A stretch of DNA of 64,000 nucleotides from Desulfuromonadales bacterium (GTDB lineage: Bacteria; Desulfobacterota; JAENJC01), in contig CAKKSC010000007.1 in the NCBI GenBank assembly GCA_919902985.1, positions 16,749-80,748 on the forward strand. Reading direction: 5' to 3'. Position numbers and translations under genes: made by a program. Positions 46,932 through 56,011 of the stretch are shown in pieces (positions within the stretch are counted from its first letter, which is position 1; each line of letters begins with the position of its first letter). The notes beneath the pieces are model-generated. The model saw only the letters and a list, made by a program, of their open reading frames with translations, did no database searches and had not been told where the DNA came from.

Positions 46932-47509
46932 TAAAAATAAACTTACTACCGGTCAGGGCAGCAAAGAAGAAGGAGACGCTAAGGCAACAGATCTCTGTAG
47001 CAGTCATGTCTCTTGTCTTAGTGTTGATTGTTATTGGATATTTCCATTTCAGGATAGTGAAGAATATTGCGGAAGTTACTGCCAAAATAGCGTCTACTGA
47101 GGGGGAACTTCAGAAGACAAAGACCCAGATAGGCGAGGTGTCCAAGTTTAAGGAGGCCAAAAAGGTCTTAGAGAATAAGCTTGGGGTGATTGAATCGCTC
47201 AAGAAGGGGAAGGCTGGCCCAGTAAAGATGCTGGACGAACTGAGCAGTGTGACCCCGGAAAAGCTCTGGCTGGTTTCATTTAAGGAGCAGGGTCGGAATA
47301 TAAATATTGAAGGCACGGCAATAAGTAATGAGGTAATTGCCCAGTTCATGACTGATATGGAGAAGTCATCTAATTTCAAGGATATAGAGCTTGTTGTAAC
47401 CGAACAGATTGAACAGGGCGGTATGAAACTGAAGAAATTCAGCTTGACCGGAAAACTGGAAATAGAAGGCGCTACCCCCCCAGTTACCGCGCCGGATGTA
47501 CGCAAGTAG
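46928..47509 (+). CDS. pilN: type IV pilus assembly protein PilN
   Basis: MIKINLLPVR followed by a TM segment. Overlaps pilM by ATGA. Confidence 0.85.
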   Translation: MIKINLLPVRAAKKKETLRQQISVAVMSLVLVLIVIGYFHFRIVKNIAEVTAKIASTEGELQKTKTQIGEVSKFKEAKKVLENKLGVIESLKKGKAGPVKMLDELSSVTPEKLWLVSFKEQGRNINIEGTAISNEVIAQFMTDMEKSSNFKDIELVVTEQIEQGGMKLKKFSLTGKLEIEGATPPVTAPDVRK

Positions 47510-47524
47510 GTAAAGAGGTATACA

Positions 47525-48115
47525 ATGGCCATAAAAATAACAGCCGAATCACTGATAAAGCTTCCTCCAAAGCAGAAGGTATATATTCTGGTTGGTGTGC
47601 TTGCGCTCATTGCCGGGTTATACTGGTATCTGATTTATAAACCCAAATCAGCTGAACTTGTGGAGATTAATGTCAGGCAGGAGAAGTTACAGGCAGAGTT
47701 GAATGAAAGCTTGGCAATTGCTGCCGATCTTCCACGGTTCAAGGCTGAGGTGGCAAGACTCAACGATGAATTAACAAAGGCCCTTCTGGAGCTTCCCGAT
47801 AAAAAGGAGATACCTTCGCTGCTGACAAATATCTCAAAGCTTGGAATCGAATCAGGTCTTGAATTTATTCGCTTTAAGCCGATGAATGAGGTCCCTTCAG
47901 GATTTTATGCAAAGGTCCCTGTGGAGATAAGTCTGAGGGGATCATATCACGAGGTGGCCACTTTTTTTGATAAGGTCTCCAAGCTTTCAAGGATAGTCAA
48001 TATAACGGACATAAACGTGAGCGGCGCTAAGGAAGAGGGAGGGAAAGTTATACTTACCACACCCTGCCTTGCAACAACTTACAGGTTTATTGAGGGTGAA
48101 AGTGTTAAAAAATAG
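47525..48115 (+). CDS. pilO: type IV pilus assembly protein PilO
   Basis: TM segment plus coiled-coil. Gene order M-N-O-P-Q. Confidence 0.8.
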   Translation: MAIKITAESLIKLPPKQKVYILVGVLALIAGLYWYLIYKPKSAELVEINVRQEKLQAELNESLAIAADLPRFKAEVARLNDELTKALLELPDKKEIPSLLTNISKLGIESGLEFIRFKPMNEVPSGFYAKVPVEISLRGSYHEVATFFDKVSKLSRIVNITDINVSGAKEEGGKVILTTPCLATTYRFIEGESVKK

Positions 48116-48124
48116 TTTAAAAAA

Positions 48125-48195
48125 TAGTGGTCAGTTGTCAGTGGTCAGTGGTCAGATTTGTCTAATGCTTATCTCTTACTGCTTATTGCTTACTG
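48125..48195. repeat. heptamer arrays (AGTGGTC x4, then CTTACTG x4) spanning the pilO-pilP junction
   Basis: The second array encodes the PilP signal peptide. The arrays are complementary in RNA only if G-U pairs are allowed. Confidence 0.6.
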
Positions 48196-48668
48196 TTGTT
48201 ACGGGATGCAACAAAGAAGAGGTTGCGCCAGCCCAGGTTGCGCCGGTCAAAAAGGTTGTTGCGCCTGTGCAGACCTCAGTAACTACCGAAAAAATGCCTG
48301 AGTATGTCTATAACCCGGCAGGCAAGAGAGATCCATTTAAATCTTTTATAGAAGTAGTTACAAGTAAAAGGGAGCGTGCAGTTGCTCCGATAACACCTCT
48401 TCAGAGTTATGACCTGGCGGCCCTCAGGCTTGTGGGGATCATGCTGCTGCCCGGGAAGAGGGTAGCAATAATAGAGGACCCCACAGGTAAAGGCTACCAC
48501 GTTAAAGTAGGGACATCAATAGGAATGAACGATGGGGTAGTAGTTGAGATTTTAAAGGATGAGTTGATCGTTGAAGAGAAATACCTGGATGAAACTGCAC
48601 AAACAAAGGCAAGAAAGGTTTCAGTAAAGATCCCGAAAGAAGAGGATAGAGGAGGAGAAGGCCGATGA
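48165..48668 (+). CDS. pilP: type IV pilus assembly lipoprotein PilP
   Basis: Signal peptide with lipobox LLLTVVTGC at ATG 48165. C-terminal beta-domain. Overlaps pilQ. Confidence 0.7.
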   Translation: MLISYCLLLTVVTGCNKEEVAPAQVAPVKKVVAPVQTSVTTEKMPEYVYNPAGKRDPFKSFIEVVTSKRERAVAPITPLQSYDLAALRLVGIMLLPGKRVAIIEDPTGKGYHVKVGTSIGMNDGVVVEILKDELIVEEKYLDETAQTKARKVSVKIPKEEDRGGEGR

Positions 48669-51640
48669 GAATCGATGCTATAGTAAATAAAACCAACATG
48701 TTATCGCTCTTGAGTCTGATTATCTTATTGTCGGCCTGTTCGCCAAAAGTCGCGCAGGTAAGGCCGGAAGAACAGGCAAAAGCCATATCCATTAGCAGTC
48801 TGGAGATTGGAAAGAGTGATGACAGGTCTATCCTGACTATTAAGGCAACTGAATCATTGCAGGGAAATTACACGGTCATTAAGGTGTCAGAACCGCCCAA
48901 GGTGTTTATAGAGATGCCAACTGCGGATGTGGGAAATTTCGAAGGCACGATAGATGCTGTTAATGGAGTCATCTCAAAGGTAGTGACCTCAAGGCGTGAT
49001 GTTTCCGGCGCCATGATAGAGATTAGCCTTTTGTCCTTAGTAGAGCATGAGGTCAAGGCAGATGGAAATACGCTGGAGATATATTTGGGAGCGCCTCATG
49101 GAGAAGGAGCCCCATCTGAGAAAGTAGAAGAAGCCCCTATAGAAGAGAAAGCGGAGGCCGGCTCTACAACAGATAGTAAGGAGCAGTCACCCGCCGAAAT
49201 AGTTGTGGAGCCAAAGACAGAAGAAAAGGCTGAAGCTCCCCAGAAGGCCTTAAAAGTGAAGGCAGTTGAGATTAAAAAGGAGGGAAAATTTACAAGGGCA
49301 GAAATAATTACTGACGGCGAAGTTTCGGATTATAATGTCTTTGACTTAAAGTCCCCTAACAGGGTTGTTGTTGATGTCAGGAATGCCAGGGAGATATTGA
49401 CAAAAAGGGATATTAAGGCTGTCTCGCCTCACATCAATGGCGCCAGGCTTGGGCGGCATGACGGGCAGGTGAGGGTCGTATTTGACTATAAGGGAGGTGT
49501 CAAGCCTTATGAGGTAGTTAAGGAGAGTGACAGGATCTCCATTATATTTGGAAAGAAGCCAACAACTGTAGTGGCAAAAGTCGAGAAGGCAGCCGTAAAG
49601 GAAGAAGCCCCGAAGATAGAGGAAAAGGTAGAGGTAGAGAAAAAGTCAGAGACGACTACAGTAGAACCGGAGCCTGCTGCCACTGCTGAGGCCCCAAAAA
49701 AGGCTTTAAAAATAACAGATGTGAAGATTCAGAAGTCAGGCAAGTTCACAAGTGCAGAGATAATAACAGATGGAGACCCGTCCACATACAAGGTCTATGA
49801 CCTTAAGTCGCCGGACAGGGTTATCGTTGACATCATGAATGCAAGGGACATTTCTGCAAAAAAGAAGATCAAGGCAGTTTCCCCTCATATCAAGGGCGCA
49901 AGACTCGGGCGTCATGACGGACAGGTGAGGGTTGTATTTGACTATAAGGGGAGCATTGAGCCTTATTTTGTATTAAAAGGGGCTGACAGGATCACGATAT
50001 TGTTTGGAAAGAAGCCAGAAACTACTGAAGCAAAAGTCGAGAAAGCAGCAAAGGAAGAGGCACCGAAAATAGAAGAAAAGGCAGAGGAGGCGCCTGCTGC
50101 AGTCGAGGCAACGCCTGAGGTTAAGGAAGAGGTAAAGACAGAGACCAAGGCGGAGATCCAGAAAGAAGAGTCAAAGGTAGAAGAGGCTGCAAGCGCCAAG
50201 CCTGTTGAGGTTCCTGCCGAAGTAAAACACGCGGTAGAAAAGGAAGAGATAAAGACAGAGGAAAAAACCGAAGCAAAAGAGAAGGCTGTCGCCGCTCCTT
50301 CAGTCGAAGCGGCGGTCGAGGAGAAGACCGAGCCGGAACCAGAAAAGAAAACTGCTGCCGAGAGTGCATCTGAGGAGATGGCAAAGGTTTATAATGGACA
50401 GAAGGTCACCCTGGAGTTCAAGGATGCTGACATAAAAAATATATTCAGGATTATTGCAGAGGTAAGCGGCTACAATATGATAATTGACAGCGCGGTGGTC
50501 GGAAAGGTCACCATCAGGCTTGTAAACGTCCCATGGGACCAGGCACTTGATATATTGCTGGAGACAAATAACCTGGGGATGAAAAAGGTGGGAAATGTAA
50601 TCAGGGTGCTGCCAGCCGCAATAGTGAAAAAGGAGGAAGAGGAGAAGCTGGCTTCAAAGAAGGCTATGGAAAAGCTTGAAGATATGGTGACTAAAGTCAT
50701 ACCTGTCAGCTATGCAACGGCATCCGATATCTCTTCCAAGTTGAAGGGCGTTATGACGGACAGGGGCACTGCCATTGTTGATGATAGGACAAATACCATA
50801 ATCCTGAAGGATATACAGAAAAGTGTTGATGAAGCGGAAAAGCTTGTGATGGGTTTGGACGAACCGACAAAGCAGATTATTATAGAGGCCAGGATTGTGA
50901 CGGCAAACACAAACTTCGCGAGAGACCTCGGAGTTCAATGGGGCGCTGGCTATGCGGCTGATGCCGCACATGGAAACCCGACAGGTTATTACTTTCCGAA
51001 TTCATACAATGTATCCGGTGGGGGAGGCGGTTCCTTCGCCCTCAATCCACCAGCATCAGGTGGCGTCGGCGCATCCTCGGGCGGGGGAGGTGTTGTGGGT
51101 ATCAATTTCGGGTCGATTAATAATACCTTGAACTTGGACCTTCGGTTGAGCGCGCTTGAGAGTCAGGGTTGGGGAAAGGTTGTCTCCAGCCCGAAGATAA
51201 TAACCCTTGACAATAAGCTGGCATCTATCTCGCAGGGAATTTCCATACCATTTGAGACCACATCTGCTTCAGGCACACAAACGACTTTCGTGGATGCAAA
51301 CCTCAATCTGACTGTAACGCCGCACGTGACTAACGATGACAGGATAAGTATGAAGATAAAGGTCAGCAAGAACAGGCCGGATCTTGCCTTTAAAGGGGCC
51401 AGCGGAGCACCGTCGATTGATAAGAAGGAAGCAACTACGGAGATACTTGTTAAGGATGGAGATACTACCGTTATAGGCGGTATCTATGAGATTGATAAGG
51501 GTGAGAGCGAAACATTTACGCCATTCCTTGGCAGGATACCTATCCTCGGATGGTTATTTAAATCCAAGAAAAAAACTGAAACAAAGACAGAACTACTAAT
51601 ATTTATAACCCCCAAAATAGCACGCGATATAGCAGGATAA
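48665..51640 (+). CDS. pilQ: type IV pilus secretin PilQ (two AMIN domains)
   Basis: Two highly similar AMIN domains. Low-complexity E/K-rich linkers. Secretin C-terminus IGGIYEIDKGESETFTPFLGRIPILGWLFKSKKK...ELLIFITPKI. Confidence 0.9.
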   Translation: MRIDAIVNKTNMLSLLSLIILLSACSPKVAQVRPEEQAKAISISSLEIGKSDDRSILTIKATESLQGNYTVIKVSEPPKVFIEMPTADVGNFEGTIDAVNGVISKVVTSRRDVSGAMIEISLLSLVEHEVKADGNTLEIYLGAPHGEGAPSEKVEEAPIEEKAEAGSTTDSKEQSPAEIVVEPKTEEKAEAPQKALKVKAVEIKKEGKFTRAEIITDGEVSDYNVFDLKSPNRVVVDVRNAREILTKRDIKAVSPHINGARLGRHDGQVRVVFDYKGGVKPYEVVKESDRISIIFGKKPTTVVAKVEKAAVKEEAPKIEEKVEVEKKSETTTVEPEPAATAEAPKKALKITDVKIQKSGKFTSAEIITDGDPSTYKVYDLKSPDRVIVDIMNARDISAKKKIKAVSPHIKGARLGRHDGQVRVVFDYKGSIEPYFVLKGADRITILFGKKPETTEAKVEKAAKEEAPKIEEKAEEAPAAVEATPEVKEEVKTETKAEIQKEESKVEEAASAKPVEVPAEVKHAVEKEEIKTEEKTEAKEKAVAAPSVEAAVEEKTEPEPEKKTAAESASEEMAKVYNGQKVTLEFKDADIKNIFRIIAEVSGYNMIIDSAVVGKVTIRLVNVPWDQALDILLETNNLGMKKVGNVIRVLPAAIVKKEEEEKLASKKAMEKLEDMVTKVIPVSYATASDISSKLKGVMTDRGTAIVDDRTNTIILKDIQKSVDEAEKLVMGLDEPTKQIIIEARIVTANTNFARDLGVQWGAGYAADAAHGNPTGYYFPNSYNVSGGGGGSFALNPPASGGVGASSGGGGVVGINFGSINNTLNLDLRLSALESQGWGKVVSSPKIITLDNKLASISQGISIPFETTSASGTQTTFVDANLNLTVTPHVTNDDRISMKIKVSKNRPDLAFKGASGAPSIDKKEATTEILVKDGDTTVIGGIYEIDKGESETFTPFLGRIPILGWLFKSKKKTETKTELLIFITPKIARDIAG

Positions 51641-51694
51641 CTAAATAAATAGTGAAAAAATAAATAAACAGTCGATTTGGGAAAATGAGTTAAG

Positions 51695-52960
51695 ATGAGC
51701 ACTCTGAGATATCTGACTGCTGGCGAGTCGCACGGTAAAGGACTATCAGCTTTAATGGAGGGTATTCCGGCTAACCTTGAATTAACAGCTGAGTATATTA
51801 ACAATGAACTTGCCCGCCGACAGATGGGTTATGGACGCGGTGGAAGGATGAAGATCGAGACCGATACCGCGGAGATACTTTCAGGTATAAGGTTTGGCAG
51901 GACACTTGGCTCACCTATAGCCCTGTTCATTGAAAACAGAGATTGGGAAAACTGGCAGGAAGTGATGAGTTCACCCCCCCCTCAATCCCCCCCTTTAATA
52001 AAAGGGGGGGTAGAGGGAGTTGTCACCCGCCCCCGCCCAGGCCATGCAGACCTTTCTGGCGCAATCAAGTACAACCAAAAGGACATCAGGAACATATTAG
52101 AGAGGTCGAGTGCGCGGGAGACGGCTGCAAGGGTAGCAGTAGGTTCTGTTGCAAAAAAACTTCTTGAGGAGTTCGGCATAAGGGTTTTCAGCTGGGTTAC
52201 AGAGATAGGAGGACAGCAGTGGTCAGAGGTCAGTGGTCGGAGCTCAGTCTATTACTCGCCGCTCCTCGCTTCTCGCTCCTCGCTTTCTGAGTTATACGAG
52301 AAGGCTGAAAAATCCGAGGTTAGATGTCCAGATGCGGCAGCAACAGAGGCCATTAAGAAAAGGATAGACGAGGCCAGAAACAGCGGAGATTCTCTCGGCG
52401 GAATATTTGAGATTGTCGTAAGCGGCGCTCCGGTTGGCCTTGGGAGTCACGTCCAGTTTGACAGGAAGCTGAATGCGAGGCTTTCCATGGCCCTTATGAG
52501 CATACAGGCTATCAAAGGGGTAGAGTTTGGACTTGGATTTGAGGCGGCGACACGGCACGGCTCTGAGGTGCATGATGAGATATGCTTCAGGGGTCAGGGG
52601 TCAGGGGTCAAGGGTCAGGAATTCAAACCACCGACCACTGGGTTTTACAGGAAGACCAACAATGCGGGTGGCATAGAGGGCGGGATGTCGAATGGTGAGG
52701 ATATAGTCATCAGGGCGGCAATGAAACCGATACCTACTCTGTATAAACCGCTTCGCTCAGTGGACATAGTAACAAAAGAGGTCTTTGAGGCCACTGTCGA
52801 GAGGTCGGATATATGTGCCGTCCCAGCCGCTTCAGTTGTGGGCGAAGCCGTTGTAGCTTTCGAGATCGCCAATGCCGTGCTTGATAAATTCGCCGGCGAC
52901 TCGATGGAAGAGATGATGAAGAATTACAACAGCTATATGGAATATGTGAAGGGGTTTTAG
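51695..52960 (+). CDS. aroC: chorismate synthase (carrying three in-frame repeat insertions)
   Basis: Motifs [33 protein letters not shown]. 421 aa versus about 360-390 for typical AroC. Confidence 0.9.
   Translation: MSTLRYLTAGESHGKGLSALMEGIPANLELTAEYINNELARRQMGYGRGGRMKIETDTAEILSGIRFGRTLGSPIALFIENRDWENWQEVMSSPPPQSPPLIKGGVEGVVTRPRPGHADLSGAIKYNQKDIRNILERSSARETAARVAVGSVAKKLLEEFGIRVFSWVTEIGGQQWSEVSGRSSVYYSPLLASRSSLSELYEKAEKSEVRCPDAAATEAIKKRIDEARNSGDSLGGIFEIVVSGAPVGLGSHVQFDRKLNARLSMALMSIQAIKGVEFGLGFEAATRHGSEVHDEICFRGQGSGVKGQEFKPPTTGFYRKTNNAGGIEGGMSNGEDIVIRAAMKPIPTLYKPLRSVDIVTKEVFEATVERSDICAVPAASVVGEAVVAFEIANAVLDKFAGDSMEEMMKNYNSYMEYVKGF
51972..52036. repeat. poly-C/poly-G hairpin repeat, copy g, in frame inside aroC
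   Basis: CCCCCCCCTCAATCCCCCCCTTTaataAAAGGGGGGGTAGAGGGAG. Translated as [19 protein letters not shown] immediately before the conserved RPGHAD motif. Confidence 0.7.
52216..52288. repeat. heptamer arrays (CAGTGGT x3, then TCCTCGC x4) in frame inside aroC
   Basis: Translated as [26 protein letters not shown]. There is about 20 aa extra here relative to canonical AroC. Confidence 0.6.
52588..52619. repeat. (GGGGTCA)x4 array in frame inside aroC
   Basis: CAGGGGTCAGGGGTCAGGGGTCAAGGGTCAGG translated as GQGSGVKGQ. The same unit occurs at 45761. Confidence 0.65.
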
Positions 52961-52983
52961 AATAAGAGATTAACAAACCCTAG

Positions 52984-53100
52984 TAACTCCCCTCCCTTGG
53001 CGGGAGGGGATTGAGAGGAGGGGGATCGAATTTGGTGACGTTTCACCCTCACCCTGACCCTCTACCCATCCGGGCATAAATCCCGTCAAGGGAGAGGGAA
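52984..53100. repeat. poly-C/poly-G tandem hairpin repeat, copy f
   Basis: CCCCTCCCttggcgGGAGGGGA...GAGGAGGGGG...CCCTCACCCTGACCCTCTACCCATCCGGGCATAAATCCCGTCAAGGGAGAGGG. Between aroC and aroK. Confidence 0.65.
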
Positions 53101-53106
53101 AATTAT

Positions 53107-53619
53107 TTGAAGAAGAATATTGTCCTTACCGGCTTCATGGGCACAGGTAAGACCTCTACAGGCAGAGTATTAGCAATGAAGCTTGGAACAAGGTTTATAG
53201 ATACCGATAAGCTGATTGAAAAAGAGGCCGGGACTCTCATCCGTGAGATATTTAAAAAGTTAGGAGAGCCGCATTTCAGAGGTCTTGAAAGGGAGATAGT
53301 AAGAAAGGTTTCAGAGGAAAACGGAGTAGTTATAGCAGTCGGAGGTGGGGCGATCGTGAATCCCGCTAATCTTGCAGATCTAAAAAGGCACGGGATAGTG
53401 GTATCGCTTACTGCCTCACCTGAGGTGATTCTATCCAGGGTTGAGAGGAATTTAGACCGACCGCTCCTCAAGGTTGAAGATAAGTTAGGAAAGATAAAAG
53501 AGTTGATTGCGGTCAGGGCGCATTTTTATGAGAAGTCGGATATCACGGTTGACACTGATTTTAAGAACCCCGAGCAGGTGGCAGATGAGATTTTAGAGGC
53601 CGTAAGACGTGAGATGTAA
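53107..53619 (+). CDS. aroK: shikimate kinase
   Basis: NIVLTGFMGTGKTSTGRVLA. TTG start in the track. Confidence 0.85.
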   Translation: MKKNIVLTGFMGTGKTSTGRVLAMKLGTRFIDTDKLIEKEAGTLIREIFKKLGEPHFRGLEREIVRKVSEENGVVIAVGGGAIVNPANLADLKRHGIVVSLTASPEVILSRVERNLDRPLLKVEDKLGKIKELIAVRAHFYEKSDITVDTDFKNPEQVADEILEAVRREM

Positions 53620-53625
53620 GAAGAA

Positions 53626-54702
53626 ATGGAATCTATAAAAGTAAACCTTGGAGAGCGCAGCTATCCGATATATTTCGGCAGTTCGATTTTAAAGGACTTT
53701 GGAAAGACCTACAATAATTTTTTTAAGAGTAAGAAGGTTATTGTAGTTACAAATCCAACTGTTGGCAGTCTGTATTTCAATGAAATTCATGACAGCCTTA
53801 TAAAAGAGGGGTTTGAGGTCAACCGCATAGATGTGCCTGATGGAGAGGAATATAAGACCCTCACGTGGGCATCCAAGCTCTTTGACAAATTAATAGCACT
53901 GAAGGCAGACAGGGAGACGCCACTCATAGCGTTGGGCGGAGGTGTGATTGGGGACCTGACAGGTTTTGTAGCCGCAACTTACCTGCGGGGTGTTCCCTTT
54001 GTCCAGGTTCCCACAACCCTACTTGCCCAGGTAGATTCAAGTGTTGGTGGTAAGACAGGGGTCAACCACAGGAGGGGAAAGAATCTGATAGGGGCCTTCT
54101 ATCAGCCCAGGTTTGTTTATATAGATGTCGACACCCTGAAGACCCTTGATAAGCGGGAGATGAAGGCGGGTCTTGCCGAGGTAATAAAGTATGGTGTCAT
54201 AAGAGACCCTAAGCTATTTAAATACCTTGAAGATAATGTTAATATTTTAACAAAAAACTCAAAAATCAAATCTCAGAACTCGGCTCTTTTGTATATAGTA
54301 AAGAGATCATGCGCCATAAAGGCCTCTGTAGTTGAGGCAGATGAAAGGGAGACTGGAATTAGGGCAATATTGAATTTTGGTCATACCTTTGGTCATGCTG
54401 TTGAGGCTGTAACGAAGTATAAGGAATACAAGCATGGAGAGGCAGTAGCAGTTGGGATGGTATATGCCTCTGAACTTTCTCATAGAACTGGAGTGTGTAA
54501 TAAAAGTGTTGTTGAAAGGGTGCGTAATGTGATTAAGAAGGCCGGACTTCCCACCACAGGGCCGGATTTTCCAAGAAAGAGCTTTTTAAAGGCGATGGAG
54601 ATAGACAAGAAGGTCGTTGGAGGGGAGTTAAGGTTTGTGCTGGTGGAAAAGATCGGCAGTGTGAGGATTGAGAAGGTAGATATAAGAACGCTCACTCATT
54701 GA
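53626..54702 (+). CDS. aroB: 3-dehydroquinate synthase
   Basis: GGGVIGDLTGFVAATYLRG and metal-binding His motifs (FGHTFGHAVE). Confidence 0.9.
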   Translation: MESIKVNLGERSYPIYFGSSILKDFGKTYNNFFKSKKVIVVTNPTVGSLYFNEIHDSLIKEGFEVNRIDVPDGEEYKTLTWASKLFDKLIALKADRETPLIALGGGVIGDLTGFVAATYLRGVPFVQVPTTLLAQVDSSVGGKTGVNHRRGKNLIGAFYQPRFVYIDVDTLKTLDKREMKAGLAEVIKYGVIRDPKLFKYLEDNVNILTKNSKIKSQNSALLYIVKRSCAIKASVVEADERETGIRAILNFGHTFGHAVEAVTKYKEYKHGEAVAVGMVYASELSHRTGVCNKSVVERVRNVIKKAGLPTTGPDFPRKSFLKAMEIDKKVVGGELRFVLVEKIGSVRIEKVDIRTLTH

Positions 54703-54724
54703 TAAAGATATCGCCGGAGTTAAG

Positions 54725-55450
54725 ATGAGGATTGGAGAAGTTGAATTAGGGAAGATACCCGTAGTGATCGGGACGCTCTCCGGGAATATCGAGCATCCGG
54801 TTGAGATCGTTAATAAAATTGATCTCTTTGAACTCCGTATCGATACGTTTAAGACACAAGAAGTTGCGTATATCACCGAAATTATACATTCGCTCAAACG
54901 TGTTTATGGAAAACCGTTACTTGCAACAGTCCGGTCCAAGGCAGAGGGCGGCGCTATAGAGATCGATGACGATAGAAGATATGAGATATACAAAGAGGTT
55001 CTTACTCTGGTTGACGCAGTAGATGTTGAGTTAAGCTCATCCGGATTATTAAAGAGGGTACTGCCTTTATGCAGGCGAAAAGAGAAGGTCTTGATCGCCT
55101 CTTATCATAACCATGACGAGACGCCGAGGGAGAGGCAACTTGAAAAGCTGGTTTCCGATGGTAAGGAGATAGGGGCTGATATAGTGAAGATTGCGGTTAC
55201 TGCCAATTCGAAAGAGGACTTAAGCAGGCTGATATCCTTTACAATCAAAAACAGGGACAAAGGCCTGATTACCATTTCTCAGGGGAAGATAGGGACCATC
55301 TCGCGGATCGTTACCCCGATCCTGGGCTCTCTTATGACTTACGGGTATATAGATATGCCCTCAGCGAAAGGACAGTTGTCGGCATTTGAAATTGTTGAGC
55401 ATCTGAGGTTGTTTGACCCGGAATATAACGAGAGATTTAAGGTAAGATGA
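54725..55450 (+). CDS. aroD: type I 3-dehydroquinate dehydratase
   Basis: ELRID, SYHNHDETP, ADIVKIA, and an SAKGQ (catalytic Lys) motif that matches the type I fold. Confidence 0.75.
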   Translation: MRIGEVELGKIPVVIGTLSGNIEHPVEIVNKIDLFELRIDTFKTQEVAYITEIIHSLKRVYGKPLLATVRSKAEGGAIEIDDDRRYEIYKEVLTLVDAVDVELSSSGLLKRVLPLCRRKEKVLIASYHNHDETPRERQLEKLVSDGKEIGADIVKIAVTANSKEDLSRLISFTIKNRDKGLITISQGKIGTISRIVTPILGSLMTYGYIDMPSAKGQLSAFEIVEHLRLFDPEYNERFKVR

Positions 55451-55490
55451 GTTGGCGAGGTAAAGACAGAGTCTACATATCAGGGAGGGA

Positions 55491-55943
55491 ATGATGAAAA
55501 ATAGATATTTTATAACTTATGGATTGCTCATTGCAGGACTATTATCACTATGGGGATGCAGCTCAGGTAGTTTCACTGCCCCTTCCGGCAGCACAATGAC
55601 AGTAAATCCAAGCTCAATAAGTGAATCTATATCAGCAGATACCACTCATAATTTTACTGTAACAGTATCAGATGCAGACGGTAAGCCGCTTAATGGTGCG
55701 GAGGTTTTTATAACAGGGGCATTTGCGGCTCCACGCACAGTTGCACGCTACCAGTTTTACAGGGATGTTGGTGCTGTTACCTCAGTCAACTCAGGTTTTA
55801 GCGGTAAGACAGACGAATTTGGCAATTATTATTTTTCAATTGTTGTCCCTGCAACAGTTGGCGGCGCTGCAAATGTCTTTACGGATACTATAGATGTTCG
55901 ATCCGGTGCGGCATTTATTTCCATATCTATAACCCTGTCATAG
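55491..55943 (+). CDS. small Ig-like lipoprotein (paralog of 12845..13288)
   Basis: Lipobox LWGCSS. 150 aa. Shares the C-terminal VRSGAAF motif with its paralog. Confidence 0.5.
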   Translation: MMKNRYFITYGLLIAGLLSLWGCSSGSFTAPSGSTMTVNPSSISESISADTTHNFTVTVSDADGKPLNGAEVFITGAFAAPRTVARYQFYRDVGAVTSVNSGFSGKTDEFGNYYFSIVVPATVGGAANVFTDTIDVRSGAAFISISITLS

Positions 55944-56011
55944 ATGGCAGTTATTTAGATGATGTATTCTGATAAATAGGTCATGAAATTTGCGATCTTC
56001 AGGAGGATAGT

